DNA of 64,000 nucleotides. Source: Cyanobacteria bacterium P01_D01_bin.156. GTDB taxonomy: Bacteria; Cyanobacteriota; Cyanobacteriia; Phormidesmidales; Phormidesmidaceae. Of the stretch, positions 42,398 to 52,104 are shown one piece after another. The DNA is taken from positions 1 through 64,000 of the forward strand of contig JBCCQQ010000006.1 of NCBI GenBank assembly GCA_039024555.1, in the 5' to 3' direction. Below the pieces are notes generated by a model, which saw only the letters and a list, made by a program, of their open reading frames with translations, was not told where the DNA came from and searched no databases. Both the position numbers and the translations under genes were made by a program. Position 1 is the first letter of the stretch, and the number at the start of each line of letters is the position of its first letter.

Positions 42398-44986
42398 TTA
42401 AATGTCAATTGACCAGCGTTTATGATCAGCAAGTAACTGGGTTGCTTGCTCCATGGGAACAGGTTTAGAGAAGAAATACCCTTGGGCATAGTGGCATTGC
42501 AATCCCTTTAGGAGAAATGCCTGTTCAATGGTCTCCACCCCCTCAGCAACGATATCCAACTTAAGGCGATGAGCTAAGGCAACGATGGTACCGACAATAT
42601 CCTCATTTTCATTATTGGTTTCCATATGGTCAACAAATGATTTATCAATTTTGAGACAGTCGATAGGCAAGCGGTGAAGATAACTTAGAGATGAATAGCC
42701 AGTACCAAAATCATCTAAGCTAATGTGCAATCCTGCTTTTTTAAGCTGGCTGAGCTGCTGAATAGCTGACTCTACATTCTCCATTGCTACACTTTCCGTC
42801 AGTTCTAATTTGAGACCACGGGGGTCGAGTTGATACTTTTGCACTACATCGGCAATTGTTGTTGCTAAATCCCGTTGTACAAATTGACGGCTGGAAAGAT
42901 TTATACCAACAAAGAGTGGCTGGCCCTTAGGAAACATTTGCTGCCACTGTTTTACTTGATAACAAGCTTCATTGAGAATCCATTCTCCCATAGCTAAAAT
43001 TAGCCCGGTGTCTTCCGCAAGCCCGATAAAATCATTAGGTGGCACTAAACCACGTTCAGGATGTTGCCATCGAATTAAGGCTTCAAATCCGGCAATTTCA
43101 CCTGTGTTGAGGTCTATAACCGGTTGATAGTAAAGCTGAAATTGCTTACCCTCTCCTGCATAACGTAGCTCCATTTCTAACTGAAATTGAGAAACTGAAT
43201 GGGTCCGCATATTTTCATTAAAGACCTCATGACAGTCACGCCCCTTCTTCTTTGCTTTACCAAGGGCACGGTGAGCGTCTTGCAATAGAGCATGGGCAGA
43301 ATAGCCTTGGCCTTTAGAATGTAAAGCAATACCGATGCTGATAGTGGCCCTGACGGATTGATCGTTAATTTGGATAGTTTCTGATAAACCGTTACGTACA
43401 CGCTTTGTTAGGGTAATCGCCTCTTGGGTATGGGTAATTGATGGCAGGATTGCGGTAAATTGGTCTCCGCCTACTCTAGCAACTGACGCTTCAGGCATAT
43501 GGTACAGAATGCGTCCAGCGATAATCTGTAACAGTTGGTCAGCTACTTTAGCACCTAAACTCTCATTTACAGCTTTAAAGAGATCTAAATCAATCAGCAA
43601 TAAAGCAACCATCGGCTGTCGGAGACTTTGCTGATTGAGATGGTGTTGAAGACGTTTTAGGCTGGAAAATCGATTGGGTAAACAGGTGAGTGGATCATAG
43701 AAGGTGCGATAAAAAACCTGGTAGGCAATTGTAAAACTCACGGCTAGGGCAAAGCCTATTGCTGGAGGTGTAATGGGAATCCAACCACCAAGGAAAAATA
43801 GTCCCCATCCAATACTCATCAATGCCAGCATTGCGATCGCACTGACCACAATCAAATCAAATAGCCGTTGAATATGCCAGGTTAAAACCCCACCGGCAAG
43901 ACACCAAGCAATGATCCACCCCTTTTCCTGCCACTGGGACCAGCTCCAAATTAAAGAATATTCTCCTTTTACAACCGACAAAATTTGATCAACAGCTTGG
44001 GCATGAATCACCACTCCAGGAGTTACCGGTGCTGAGCGTCTAGCTGTATTAAACGGCGTAAAAAAAGTGTCTTTAACACTGGGTGCTACAGTGCCCACTA
44101 AAACTACCTTGTTTCTGAACCAGTCAGGCTGAACGTTCCCATCCAAGACATCTCTCAAGGAGACTTGGCGAATCACTTCCTTTCTAGCTCGATACTGCAG
44201 CATGACCTGATAGCCTCCCATGTCTTCATCGTGATAGCCTCCCATGTCGGCCGAGAGGGTGGGAAAGAGTTTCCCCGCAATATTTATCCCTGACGCACTG
44301 GGCTGGAAAACATCTGGGCCATAGCGATCGCGTAAAACATGAAGACTTAATCGTAAACTCAGAGCATAAAATTCATTCGGTTCAAGGGATGCAAACATGA
44401 AATGGCGACGGATTATCCCATCAGCATCGGCAACAAAGTCTGCAAATCCAACACGTTCGAGAGGCATCTCCACGGGAGCTGGACTGTTGCGATCCGGGTC
44501 GATACCGACATCGTACACACCATAAACATTCTCAACCGCTAGCTGTTGAAGTAGTTCGTCTCGGCCAGGAGGATGTTCAATATCGCGATATATATCCAAA
44601 CCAATGGCGGCTGGTTGATAGGTTTGTAATTGCGCAAGCAAGGCTGCTACCGTAGCATCACTTAAAGGCCAGTTGTTGTAATAACGAATGTCAGCCTCGG
44701 TAATACCTACCACGACGACATCAGCAGCCTTCTCACTAATCGCATGATGACGTACCTGTCGGTCAAAAGTTTTTAATTCCAAGCCCTGGAACCCACCTAC
44801 CTGGCGAATACTAATGATAAGTAGGGCCATCAGAAGACCGATTAAAATATATCCATACCGTTGCAACTGTCGCCATAACCAAAGTTGCAGCGAACGAAAA
44901 GTACCTCTATGAACGTTACCGAAGCGCAATGGTTCCCCCCCAATAATTAGGCAGCTAAATGAATTCAGAGCGACGAACAATTGCAC
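42398..44986 (-). CDS. CHASE2-GGDEF(variant)-EAL protein (start uncertain)
   Basis: IGLDIYRD, DADGIIRR and PGVVIHA motifs; 3 TM helices; GGDQF; GFEALIRW; DDFGTGYSS. Confidence 0.92.
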   Translation of the reverse strand: MQLFVALNSFSCLIIGGEPLRFGNVHRGTFRSLQLWLWRQLQRYGYILIGLLMALLIISIRQVGGFQGLELKTFDRQVRHHAISEKAADVVVVGITEADIRYYNNWPLSDATVAALLAQLQTYQPAAIGLDIYRDIEHPPGRDELLQQLAVENVYGVYDVGIDPDRNSPAPVEMPLERVGFADFVADADGIIRRHFMFASLEPNEFYALSLRLSLHVLRDRYGPDVFQPSASGINIAGKLFPTLSADMGGYHDEDMGGYQVMLQYRARKEVIRQVSLRDVLDGNVQPDWFRNKVVLVGTVAPSVKDTFFTPFNTARRSAPVTPGVVIHAQAVDQILSVVKGEYSLIWSWSQWQEKGWIIAWCLAGGVLTWHIQRLFDLIVVSAIAMLALMSIGWGLFFLGGWIPITPPAIGFALAVSFTIAYQVFYRTFYDPLTCLPNRFSSLKRLQHHLNQQSLRQPMVALLLIDLDLFKAVNESLGAKVADQLLQIIAGRILYHMPEASVARVGGDQFTAILPSITHTQEAITLTKRVRNGLSETIQINDQSVRATISIGIALHSKGQGYSAHALLQDAHRALGKAKKKGRDCHEVFNENMRTHSVSQFQLEMELRYAGEGKQFQLYYQPVIDLNTGEIAGFEALIRWQHPERGLVPPNDFIGLAEDTGLILAMGEWILNEACYQVKQWQQMFPKGQPLFVGINLSSRQFVQRDLATTIADVVQKYQLDPRGLKLELTESVAMENVESAIQQLSQLKKAGLHISLDDFGTGYSSLSYLHRLPIDCLKIDKSFVDHMETNNENEDIVGTIVALAHRLKLDIVAEGVETIEQAFLLKGLQCHYAQGYFFSKPVPMEQATQLLADHKRWSIDI

Positions 44987-45087
44987 GGGTAACCATGCTT
45001 ACCAAGGATTCCCAATCAGAGCTAAACCAGACCAATTGATTAGACAACTGGAGCTCTAATGATTATTAATTTCTAAATTAGCGAAAT

Positions 45088-45177
45088 GGCGCTGCTGATC
45101 CTCGGGATAATTTTAGTTCTCCAATTCTGAATCTTGCAAAAATTTGCGGATCGTTTTGTGCCCTAAGTCTGCAATTG
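45088..45177. repeat. Dispersed element, copy 4 (one end degenerate)
   Basis: GGCGCTGCTGATCCTCGGGATAATTTT ... TTGTGCCCTAAGTCTGCAAT. Confidence 0.6.
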
Positions 45178-45316
45178 TAGGTAAATAGTCAAGTATTGTT
45201 CGTTGGGTGTTGTACACACCAATGAGTCAGACATAGCATATACAGAATCTTCCAGATGAATTCAGACCAATGTTGAGCCTGACAATTTGCTCAGCTCGTT
45301 TTGAGGTATGGAGTAG

Positions 45317-48151
45317 TTACTCCTCAGGTTGAATGTTCACACCATCGCAGAGTTGACGATCGCCATCCTCGATTAGTTGATTTGTTCCCAAATAGTCATC
45401 GACTACCTGACAGGCACTACCCATTAAGTTGTTTAGGGTCAGATCGGCCAAACCCCATACAATTACCTGATCATCAGCTCCTGCGGATACTAAAGACATG
45501 TTGCTAGGGGTAAACTCAAGGCTATTAATTCTGTTTTTGTAATTAATGAGGGAGAGTAGTGGGGTTAGCTGAGTTTTATCCACGGTCCACATATTAATGT
45601 GATTATCTGCATCAATAGCGGCCAGGTATTGACCATTATTACTAAATTGAATGCGATTAAAGGTGGTCTCATTGCGAATAATCGTTTGCTGTTTTCCGTT
45701 TATGCTCCATAGGCGGAGTGAATTGTCATCACTACCGGTAGCCAGAATTGGCTCCACATCTTGCGATGAGCTGAAGCTGACAGGGTTAAAGCTAAAGGAT
45801 TGAATTGTATCGTCATGGGTGATATTAGTGACGGCGTTCTCATTACCTTCGTTGTTAAGGTGCCATATTTTTAGCGTGTTTCCCCGAGGCAAAATAGCAA
45901 TATGTTGACCGTCGGGACTGAAGCGAACTTTTTGGATGGGAGGTCGTTGAGCTGTTTCAGCATTTGTAACATCGGGTAGGGGCTTAACTTGCTGACCATC
46001 TGTAGATGATACTAAATAAACCTCCGGGCCACTGGCGACCAGCAGCATGGTGCCATCTGGACTGATATCCACACTGTTGATTGGTTTTGGATAGGTCCAC
46101 GTTTTTTTATTTTTGCCAGTCAACGTTTGTAAATGAATGTTGTTGCCACTGGCAATGGCAATTATCTCTTCGGTGCTTTCTTCAGTGTTATTTGGCTTAG
46201 GGCCAATGCTTAGATCGCTGAGAGATTCTTTGAATGACCAGGATTGTATGGGTTGGCCATCTTGGGTCCAGAGTTGAAGCTTTGAACCAATGGTGGTGAC
46301 TACTTTTGAGCCATCACCATTAAAGCTAAGCTGATTAGCAGTTCCTTGATAAAGGGGCGGAGTAATAACGTCTTGCCCCTGTCGCCAGAGATGAATCTCG
46401 TTGTCGCGACTGGCAATGACCAGCGTTTTTCCATCTGGGCTAAAGATCGCGTCTACGGTATCTCGCTCTTGGACAAATGGCTGAGCTTTTTGGTTGTCTA
46501 AATTCCATACAGTAATGCGTCTAGAGCTATCAGTTGTGATGATATGCTGCCCATCGGGGCTAAAGCGAATGCTGTTGACCCAATCGTAGTGGGGGAGGCT
46601 GTGTAGTTTTTTCCCATCCATAGTCCATAGCTGAACGGATCTATTACCTGCGGCTGCAATTATCGGGGGCTGACCTGGCCGATCAGGGCTAAAGCGAACC
46701 ATATTGACCCAATTGTCGTTAGGCATATTCTGGAGCATTTCTCCGTCCAGGTTCCAGAGCTGGGTTGCTTGGCGGGTAGCCGTTAGCAGGTTTTTCCCGT
46801 CGTTACTAAACTGAACACTATTAACCCAGTCTGAATGAGGGAAACGATGAATGATCTCTCCATCTAGGTTAACAAGTAGCACTTGCCGATGTGTTGCGAT
46901 CGCAAGCTGATTACCATCTGGGCTAAAGCTCACATCTTTGGTCTTATCGTCAAATGTTTGCGAGCTTACTAGCGTGCCATCTAGCGCCCATAGATTAACC
47001 GTCTGGTCTGTGCTAGCTGAAGCCAGGGTGTTACCATCTGGGCTAAACACCACACTTGTAACAGAGTTACTGTGGCCCTCTAGGGTATGTAGCAAGTTGC
47101 CCTGCATATCCCAGAGTCGCACCGTATGGTCACGGCTGGCAGAAGCAATGGTCTGCCCATCGGGACTCATAGCCAAACGATTCACATCATTGGTATGGCC
47201 CCTCAGGCGGTTATGTTCTCGCCAGCCATCTTCATAAATAGCCGCCTGTAGTGCGGTCAATACGCGACTGTGGGTGTTAGCATCTGCTCGATTGAGCTGT
47301 TTGCGCAATTGCTGGCCTGCTCGTAGCGCTTCTAGTAAGGCATCAAAGGGTTTACCCGATTCTGTTAGGGATAGAGAATAGCGGCTAAGGGCATTGATTT
47401 GGCTTTGTTGGACGGTCTCAATTTGGCGCTTTTGGTTAACGGCAAAGATAGCCAACCCGGCCATAACAACAGTTGCTACCATGGCCCCTAATACCACCCG
47501 TCGAGCGTGTCGAAGTTCCTGTTGTTGTTCTTGTTGTTCTTCTTTGAACAAACGATCTCGTAGTGCTTGGCTAGCTTGAATAAAAGCTATCTGCAGGGGG
47601 GTGGGTATGGGCTGTTTCGTCTCAACCAGTTCCTGCTGCAACCAGTTATTGGCCTGGGTTAACTCACTACCGCGTAATAAGATATCATCGGTTTTATCTT
47701 TGTTTGTCCACTCGATTGCCTTGACCAGCAGTTTGGTGTGGGTTTTTACGTGGTCTAAATCTGTATTGAGTGTTTCTACCAATGAGTTAAATGCCGTATC
47801 AAAGTCATTTTGCTCTTGGAAAAATAGCCAGTTTGCCTTGCCTAATTCTGGATGTACTATTTCCATGTCGAACCCTTCTCGGCGCACGATGGGGACTAAT
47901 CGTTTGTTGTGTTCGACGGCGTGGTCAATTTCTTGCCCGCAGACCTTAGAGGAAATTGAGTCTGGGCTGATTACAAAAATAAACGTATCAGCGGCTTCAA
48001 TTCCGGTTTGAATTTCTGCCCACCAGTCCGCTGTTAGGGGAATATCTTCCCAATCTACCCAGGAGTCATAGTTGCTCTTTTCCAGAGCCTTGTGGAGCAC
48101 CTTTACAAAGGTCTTATCTTTGCGGGAGTAGGAGATGAAGACGTCAGTCAT
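45317..48151 (-). CDS. TIR, TM-helix, WD40-repeat protein
   Basis: MTDVFISYSRKD and SKVCGQEIDHA, hydrophobic helix VVLGAMVATVVMAGLAIFAV, many WD40 repeats, no P-loop. Confidence 0.9.
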   Translation of the reverse strand: MTDVFISYSRKDKTFVKVLHKALEKSNYDSWVDWEDIPLTADWWAEIQTGIEAADTFIFVISPDSISSKVCGQEIDHAVEHNKRLVPIVRREGFDMEIVHPELGKANWLFFQEQNDFDTAFNSLVETLNTDLDHVKTHTKLLVKAIEWTNKDKTDDILLRGSELTQANNWLQQELVETKQPIPTPLQIAFIQASQALRDRLFKEEQQEQQQELRHARRVVLGAMVATVVMAGLAIFAVNQKRQIETVQQSQINALSRYSLSLTESGKPFDALLEALRAGQQLRKQLNRADANTHSRVLTALQAAIYEDGWREHNRLRGHTNDVNRLAMSPDGQTIASASRDHTVRLWDMQGNLLHTLEGHSNSVTSVVFSPDGNTLASASTDQTVNLWALDGTLVSSQTFDDKTKDVSFSPDGNQLAIATHRQVLLVNLDGEIIHRFPHSDWVNSVQFSNDGKNLLTATRQATQLWNLDGEMLQNMPNDNWVNMVRFSPDRPGQPPIIAAAGNRSVQLWTMDGKKLHSLPHYDWVNSIRFSPDGQHIITTDSSRRITVWNLDNQKAQPFVQERDTVDAIFSPDGKTLVIASRDNEIHLWRQGQDVITPPLYQGTANQLSFNGDGSKVVTTIGSKLQLWTQDGQPIQSWSFKESLSDLSIGPKPNNTEESTEEIIAIASGNNIHLQTLTGKNKKTWTYPKPINSVDISPDGTMLLVASGPEVYLVSSTDGQQVKPLPDVTNAETAQRPPIQKVRFSPDGQHIAILPRGNTLKIWHLNNEGNENAVTNITHDDTIQSFSFNPVSFSSSQDVEPILATGSDDNSLRLWSINGKQQTIIRNETTFNRIQFSNNGQYLAAIDADNHINMWTVDKTQLTPLLSLINYKNRINSLEFTPSNMSLVSAGADDQVIVWGLADLTLNNLMGSACQVVDDYLGTNQLIEDGDRQLCDGVNIQPEE

Positions 48152-48491
48152 GGCTGAGGCATGGGAATGAGGGAAGGTTCCAATAATGTGCTTCAAAGAC
48201 TGGCACGATTATTTCGAAAATGCCGGTGCTGATCTAGGGCATAAAACGCGCCATAAGCCCCTGAACCCTGAGGTTGTCAACGATGTACGCTGGGCTATAA
48301 GTAGCAACGTCTTGATACTAGAGTTTGTGCAATCTGCCGAACGAATTAATCAGGCTACTCTAGTATGGACAGTTACCAAGTCCAACTCGCTAAGGGCTGG
48401 GTAAAACTTAGAAGCATGACCTTGTGCATTTAAATATCATGGCTTAACAAGCGTTTTAGGCTTAAACCGTGAAGTCGTTGCTTAACAGTTC

Positions 48492-50249
48492 CTAAGGTGG
48501 GGACATTGGCCGGGGATCTTGGCCCCAAGACTTAATGTGAGTTTTTCGCCACTGGGCATCGGCTTTACGATCTGTGCGAAATTCTAACACTCTTAAAGAT
48601 GACTGGTTGGTGAGGGCTAGCTCTTGAACTTTCTGGGTCAGCTGTTCCCAGGTTTGGATTAAAGTATGTTGGACACCATAGGCCTGACAGAGTTCTGAAA
48701 TATTCACTGTTTGGGGTGTGGCACAGTACTCCTCGAAGGGAGGTTCAAAGTTAGCAATCGGCAGCATTTCAAAGATACCGCCACCTTGATTGTTAATGAG
48801 GATCACAGTAAGCGAACCCTTTAGATGACGAGTGTTTAGCAAGCCATTGGTATCATGGAGAAAGGCCAGATCCCCGGTCAGCAAGAGACTATGTTGACTG
48901 TTGTGGGCAATCCCCATGGCAGTGGATAAGGTGCCATCAATACCGTTGGCACCTCGGCTAAAGTAGGGTTGAATATGTTGGTCGTTAGGCTGCCAGAAGG
49001 ATTCCATATCGCGAATGGGCATGCTGTTGGCGATCATTAGGGGTGTCCCTTCGGGAAGAGACTGGGAGAGTATCCAGGAGATCTTTCCTTCAAACGGAGT
49101 TTCAAGGGATTGAAAGGTGTGTGTAAGCTTTTGGCTGATGGCGCGATCGCAATCAATCCAATCTTGACAATATGCGCTCGTTTCACCAATGGGCTTTTCT
49201 GAGGCAATCAATTTCCCTAGGCACTCAACAGAGAGGGATAAACTTTGAGTTCTGCCATGGAGCGGGTCTAGGTTCAGGGCGTGGGGCATCACCTGATATG
49301 TGAGTGGCTGATGCTGAGATAGCCACTGTCGCAATGCCTTACTAGTGGGTAACGGCCCCAGCTGAATCACATACTCTGGAATCAGTTGCTCGGCAGTATG
49401 CCGCAATAAACTATCGTAGGTGCTGATTAAATACGGATTAAGAGATTGATAGTTTCGTAGTGGAGAAAGACTTTCTGCAAGGACTGGATACCCTAAGGTT
49501 TGTGATAGCTGCGCAACGGCACGACAGTATTTTTCCGGACTTTGAGGCTGAGCCGGACCTGCCACAATCAGTCCCCGTTCGCTGTTAACCCAGCGGCTTA
49601 CAAGGGATTTTGGAAGTAGGTCTGGGGTAATATTGCCGAGTATAGGAGGGACAACGGCGGAAAAAAACCTGTTTTCATCAAGCTGTAGAGCTGTGGAATC
49701 GGATAAAGGCGCTAGCGGATCTCTAAAGGGGCAGTTAATGTGAACGGGGCCTGCTGTGGGCAATAGCGCCTTGGTCCAGGTGTGTACCATGGTCTGGCGA
49801 GCATAGTGAAGCAGTGGGGATTCAGGGACGGCCATTTCTCCATAACTGTTGACAAATGCACCGTATAACTTTTGTTGATCGATGGTTTGTCCTGAGGCAC
49901 AGGCGTGCATTTCAGGAGGGCGATCTGCAGTCAAAACGATTAAGGGAACATGACTCTCTTTAGCTTCAATAATGGCCGGAAAAAAGTTAGCCCCCGCCGT
50001 ACCGGATGTGCAGACTAATACAACGGGCTGGTGCGATCGCTTAGCAACGCCTAATGCAAAAAATGCAGCTGAACGCTCATCTAAAATAGGAATCGCTTCA
50101 ATAGAGGGATGTCTTGCTAAGGCAAGGGTCAACGGTGTGGAACGGGAGCCTGGGCAGACCACCGCTGTTGTTAGTCCTAGACGATGCAGGGTTTCCACCA
50201 TAACCGACGCCCAGAGAGTATTTAAATTTCGGTAGTCTAACATGGTCAC
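48492..50249 (-). CDS. menD: SEPHCHC synthase MenD
   Basis: CPGSRSTPL, DERSAAFFALG, CTSGTA and RGANGIDG...GDLAFLHD motifs. Confidence 0.96.
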   Translation of the reverse strand: MTMLDYRNLNTLWASVMVETLHRLGLTTAVVCPGSRSTPLTLALARHPSIEAIPILDERSAAFFALGVAKRSHQPVVLVCTSGTAGANFFPAIIEAKESHVPLIVLTADRPPEMHACASGQTIDQQKLYGAFVNSYGEMAVPESPLLHYARQTMVHTWTKALLPTAGPVHINCPFRDPLAPLSDSTALQLDENRFFSAVVPPILGNITPDLLPKSLVSRWVNSERGLIVAGPAQPQSPEKYCRAVAQLSQTLGYPVLAESLSPLRNYQSLNPYLISTYDSLLRHTAEQLIPEYVIQLGPLPTSKALRQWLSQHQPLTYQVMPHALNLDPLHGRTQSLSLSVECLGKLIASEKPIGETSAYCQDWIDCDRAISQKLTHTFQSLETPFEGKISWILSQSLPEGTPLMIANSMPIRDMESFWQPNDQHIQPYFSRGANGIDGTLSTAMGIAHNSQHSLLLTGDLAFLHDTNGLLNTRHLKGSLTVILINNQGGGIFEMLPIANFEPPFEEYCATPQTVNISELCQAYGVQHTLIQTWEQLTQKVQELALTNQSSLRVLEFRTDRKADAQWRKTHIKSWGQDPRPMSPP

Positions 50250-51673
50250 ACGAGTGTTCCCAATAGTGCTTGGAGCTTGAGTTTCACTTCGGCGAGTTCA
50301 CGACTCGGATCGGACTGCGCAACAATACCTGCCCCAGCAAACAGTCTTGCCTGGCGATAGTCGATCAGGGCCGAACGGATACCTACAATGAATTCACTAT
50401 TGCCATTGGCATCGATCCAACCCAGGGGAGCGGCATAAAGTTCTCGATCAAAGGATTCTGTTGTTTGAATTAATTGACTTGCTGTAGGTCTTGGTAAGCC
50501 AGCGACTGCGGGGGTAGGGTGTAATCTCTTAACCAGAGCTAATGGGGTAAATCCCTTAGGTAGCAGGGCTTTAATGGGGGTGTGCAAATGTTGAATATTA
50601 GCTAGGCGAAGGAGTTTTGGATGACTATCGAGCAAAGGCTGAAGTCCAAACCGGTTAAGCTGTTCTGCAATAAAGTCAACAACAACTTGATGTTCGTAGC
50701 GCTCCTTTGGGTTATTGAGTAGCTGCTGGCCGATAGCCTGATCTATAGAAGATGTTTCTCCACGAGCGGCAGAACCTGCTAATGCATCCGTTGTCAGAAC
50801 TTTATCGTCACCAGCTGATTGAATGCTCAATAGTCTTTCTGGACTAGCCCCGATAAAGACAGGGCCATTACCATTGCTGATGGAGAAAACACAGCAATCA
50901 GGGTGAGCTTCCCCCAGAGCCTTTAAAGAGGCTGGGATATTAAACGGTCTGCTGGACAGTACGTCGAGGGCATCTGCAAGAACAACTTTATAGAGATGAT
51001 GTTTTTGGAGGGTTGGGAGAACACTCCTGACCATTTGTTCAAAATTTCCAACATCTCTAATCACTTTTGGAGCCTTAGGAAGAGCTGGCAGAGCTTCTGG
51101 ACTGTTCTGATTGATTTCTGCAGCTGAGTTCTCGATGCTTTGCAGCTGTTGTCGGATGTCGTCAACCAGGCGATTAATGTTGGTGTCATCATCAATGAGA
51201 CAGTTTAAGCTAGCGGTGGTTTCTCCATGATGTTGCACAATCTGTAGCTGGGGGATAAATACTTGGGCGGCCTTAAATCCGTTTTCTGAGGCAGATTGGT
51301 CAAAAAACGTGAAACTACAGAGAAAATAGGGCTTGATGGTTACAGTATTTAGGCTAGATGAAATGATGTGACGTTTCCAGACATCAATAAACTGTTGCAT
51401 GCGTTCAAACCGGTCAGCCCCTGCGGTTTGTTGGGTGATAGTAACTCCCAAGCCTAAAAGAGTATATTGGGTGGTCGAATAGTAAAAATGTATGGGATAA
51501 GCGGTTTCTAGTTGCTGTAATGCTTGCCAAGGCGCAATCGGGTCAATCGGGACTGTAATGTTTACAATCTTGGCATGCTGAGCCTGGGTTGCCTGTCGTT
51601 GGCAATCTGATAAAAATCCGTGGATTTCTTTATACCTTTTGAAGAGGCCAGACTGGTACGGTGCAACGGTCAT
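50246..51673 (-). CDS. menF: Isochorismate synthase MenF
   Basis: GASPERL, ALAGSAAR, LHPTPAVAG and FAGAGIV motifs; overlaps the menD start. Confidence 0.93.
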   Translation of the reverse strand: MTVAPYQSGLFKRYKEIHGFLSDCQRQATQAQHAKIVNITVPIDPIAPWQALQQLETAYPIHFYYSTTQYTLLGLGVTITQQTAGADRFERMQQFIDVWKRHIISSSLNTVTIKPYFLCSFTFFDQSASENGFKAAQVFIPQLQIVQHHGETTASLNCLIDDDTNINRLVDDIRQQLQSIENSAAEINQNSPEALPALPKAPKVIRDVGNFEQMVRSVLPTLQKHHLYKVVLADALDVLSSRPFNIPASLKALGEAHPDCCVFSISNGNGPVFIGASPERLLSIQSAGDDKVLTTDALAGSAARGETSSIDQAIGQQLLNNPKERYEHQVVVDFIAEQLNRFGLQPLLDSHPKLLRLANIQHLHTPIKALLPKGFTPLALVKRLHPTPAVAGLPRPTASQLIQTTESFDRELYAAPLGWIDANGNSEFIVGIRSALIDYRQARLFAGAGIVAQSDPSRELAEVKLKLQALLGTLV

Positions 51674-52104
51674 AAATTGGGATTAAAAATGAGTTTAATT
51701 AATGAAATATTTCTACAGGTAACATACTTTTAGGTGTGTGAGCTAGCGGCTGTAAAGAGTCATGAATATTGGGATAGAGCACTGGTCAAGACGTCGATTT
51801 AGTGCTGACGATATTTATTTGCTAGGACGACTATTTAAATAGACATGAGGCTGTGGAAAAGATATGCCTTTTGATAGGTCATCGATAGCATAGGAAACTC
51901 TCAGGAGCTGTATAACTTCTGGCAGATCCCATCTTTTTGGGTCAAGTTAGCTATTGTGATTTGATACTGTCAGGGATATCTGTTGTTCTCAATCACCTAA
52001 CAGAAAGTGTGGAAACGATATCGGCTAGAGACTTTCGTTCCGATTGAGCGGTTGGGAAAAGAGTTTTAGCCTTGGCTAAAGGACTCAATCACACCGAATT
52101 CGCC

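Noticed and set aside
48443..48487. Three CTTAA motifs resembling a Pho box upstream of the TIR-WD40 gene
   Set aside because: Spacings are 18 and 20 bp, not the 11-bp period.
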